A stretch of DNA of 57,030 nucleotides, filler included, from Malassezia furfur (taxonomy: Eukaryota): assembly GCA_052055015.1 (NCBI GenBank). It is 2 parts of 2 records of this genome, joined end to end, with 100 filler letters (N's around TTAATTAATTAA, not from the genome) between each part and the next. Parts side by side here need not be neighbours in the genome. Positions count along the whole stretch, not along the records: positions 28,636 to 57,030 come from JBQJIT010000111.1; 1 more part is not named here. One strand, written 5' to 3'. Positions 55,916 through 57,030 of this stretch are shown piece after piece; the stretch's first letter is position 1, and every line of letters begins with the position of its first letter. Position numbers and translations under genes: made by a program. Below the pieces are notes generated by a model that saw only the letters and a program-made list of their open reading frames with translations, did no database searches and was not told the origin of the DNA.

Positions 55916-56297
55916 GTTCTCTGTGTGCTTTTAATTCTTGCGCAAATAGCCTTCTCAACTAGCTCAGCATAGCCGCGTGCACCTTGGCTGCACGTAATAA
56001 GAGGAGCAATGCACGCGCGCCAAACTCCACGTGGTGTATGAGACTCTGACGAGGGACCAAATCCAGCACCGAGCATGCGAGGCCGTGTCCGCGAGGGTGT
56101 CACGTGAATAAAGCAACTGCGCTGCCCTGATCGGCGCCGGTTCTCTGCACTGCGCAATGGGGCGGTGGGGGTGGGGCGCTTATCTAATTTGAAATTCTAC
56201 CGAGCAGCGCCCGCATGGCCGAAGACTGTCCGTGCGCTGGCGGGAGCGGGTTGCGTTCGATCGCGCGCTACTTTCCTACAACCAACACGTCAGCATC

Positions 56298-56948
56298 ATG
56301 GAGAACTTTGTGAATATGGGCAGGCAATTCCTGCAGAACCAGGGCCAGAATGGCCAGCAGAATGGCCAGGAAAATGGCAACGGTGGCGGCTTCAACATCC
56401 AGAACCTGCTCGGGAACAACTCGCAGCCCCAGCAAGGCCAAGGCAACAACAACAACAACGGCGGCTCGCTCAACCTGCAAAGCATCATTGGCCACGCCAC
56501 ACAGCATGAGGAGCAGCAGGGTGGCAATGGCGGCAGTAAGCAGGACCTCTTTGGCAAAGTCGCTAACATGCTGCAGCAGAAACAAAATAATGGGCAGATC
56601 AACGACAATGTCAATGAGAGTCAGCTAATGAACGCGTTCCACAAGGTTACGGGCGGATCAAGTGCAAGCGACCAGGAGATTGGTGAGGCTGCTGCCGTGA
56701 ATGCCATCAAGTCGTACTTTAGCGGTGGCGGCCAGCAGAACCAGGGTGGGATCGACTCCCTGATTGGCAAGGCGATGGCGTCCGCCGGCTCGATGGCTTC
56801 CAAGCAGGGAGGGAGCGAACAGAACGCGATGAACCACGCGAGCGAGACTGTGATGAAGCTCGTGATGAAGCACAAGCTGAAGAGCATGTTTGGCATGGGC
56901 GGCTACAACATGAAGGACGCCTCTGAACTGATGGGTCTTCTTTCGTAA
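56298..56948 (+). CDS. Q/N/G-rich protein resembling the basidiomycete beta-flanking protein family
   Basis: IGEAAAVNAIK...LIGKAMASA...AMNHASETVMKL pattern recalled from that family; Q/N-rich N-terminus; intronless. Confidence 0.6.
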   Translation: MENFVNMGRQFLQNQGQNGQQNGQENGNGGGFNIQNLLGNNSQPQQGQGNNNNNGGSLNLQSIIGHATQHEEQQGGNGGSKQDLFGKVANMLQQKQNNGQINDNVNESQLMNAFHKVTGGSSASDQEIGEAAAVNAIKSYFSGGGQQNQGGIDSLIGKAMASAGSMASKQGGSEQNAMNHASETVMKLVMKHKLKSMFGMGGYNMKDASELMGLLS

Positions 56949-56975
56949 AATGTCCATACAATTCCAACGACCGCG

Positions 56976-57030
<55 letters not shown>
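56976..57030 (+). repeat. Terminal poly(A) run (55 A)
   Basis: Read directly; begins 27 nt after the TAA of the last gene and runs to the window end. Confidence 0.9.

Noticed and set aside
1..57030. Mobile elements, CRISPR, tRNA/rRNA, secondary-metabolite cluster, horizontally acquired island
   Set aside because: No transposase or RT motifs, terminal repeats, spaced repeats or cloverleafs were seen; the genes are unrelated housekeeping functions with native intron style.

Overview
Eukaryotic (fungal) nuclear DNA: a very compact, GC-rich basidiomycete-yeast genome, most like Malassezia (inferred from gene density, GC content, protein similarity and intron style; species not determinable). I can model 35 protein-coding genes in 57 kb, two of them truncated by the window edge or a gap. 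Most are housekeeping: DSC2, CCZ1, TYR1, YPT35-like, ALG14, SSO syntaxin, MRPL10, PRP28, ACC1, CYT1, ABZ2-like, MUS81, RPS15, RPP2, F-BAR RhoGAP, Myb factor, SEC27, GRR1, EMW1/TTC27, aldo-keto reductase, TAF5, LCB1, RAD6, TGS1, MTR3, GH16, RAD54, TFB2, GT31. There are also several small or orphan genes that the ORF track misses. One artificial 100-nt scaffold gap is present; no transposon, tRNA, rRNA or CRISPR was recognised. The most notable signals are architectural: (1) 48 hand-modelled spliceosomal introns, 29 of them only 21-25 nt; (2) none of 33 complete genes ends in TGA; (3) CACGTG recurs just upstream of many start codons; (4) near-zero intergenic spacing, including the RAD54 stop directly followed by an in-frame ATG leading into TFB2; (5) a possible non-AUG mitochondrial presequence on ACC1; (6) a structured 141-nt intron in a hidden zinc-ribbon gene. 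All gene identities come from recalled motifs, not database searches.
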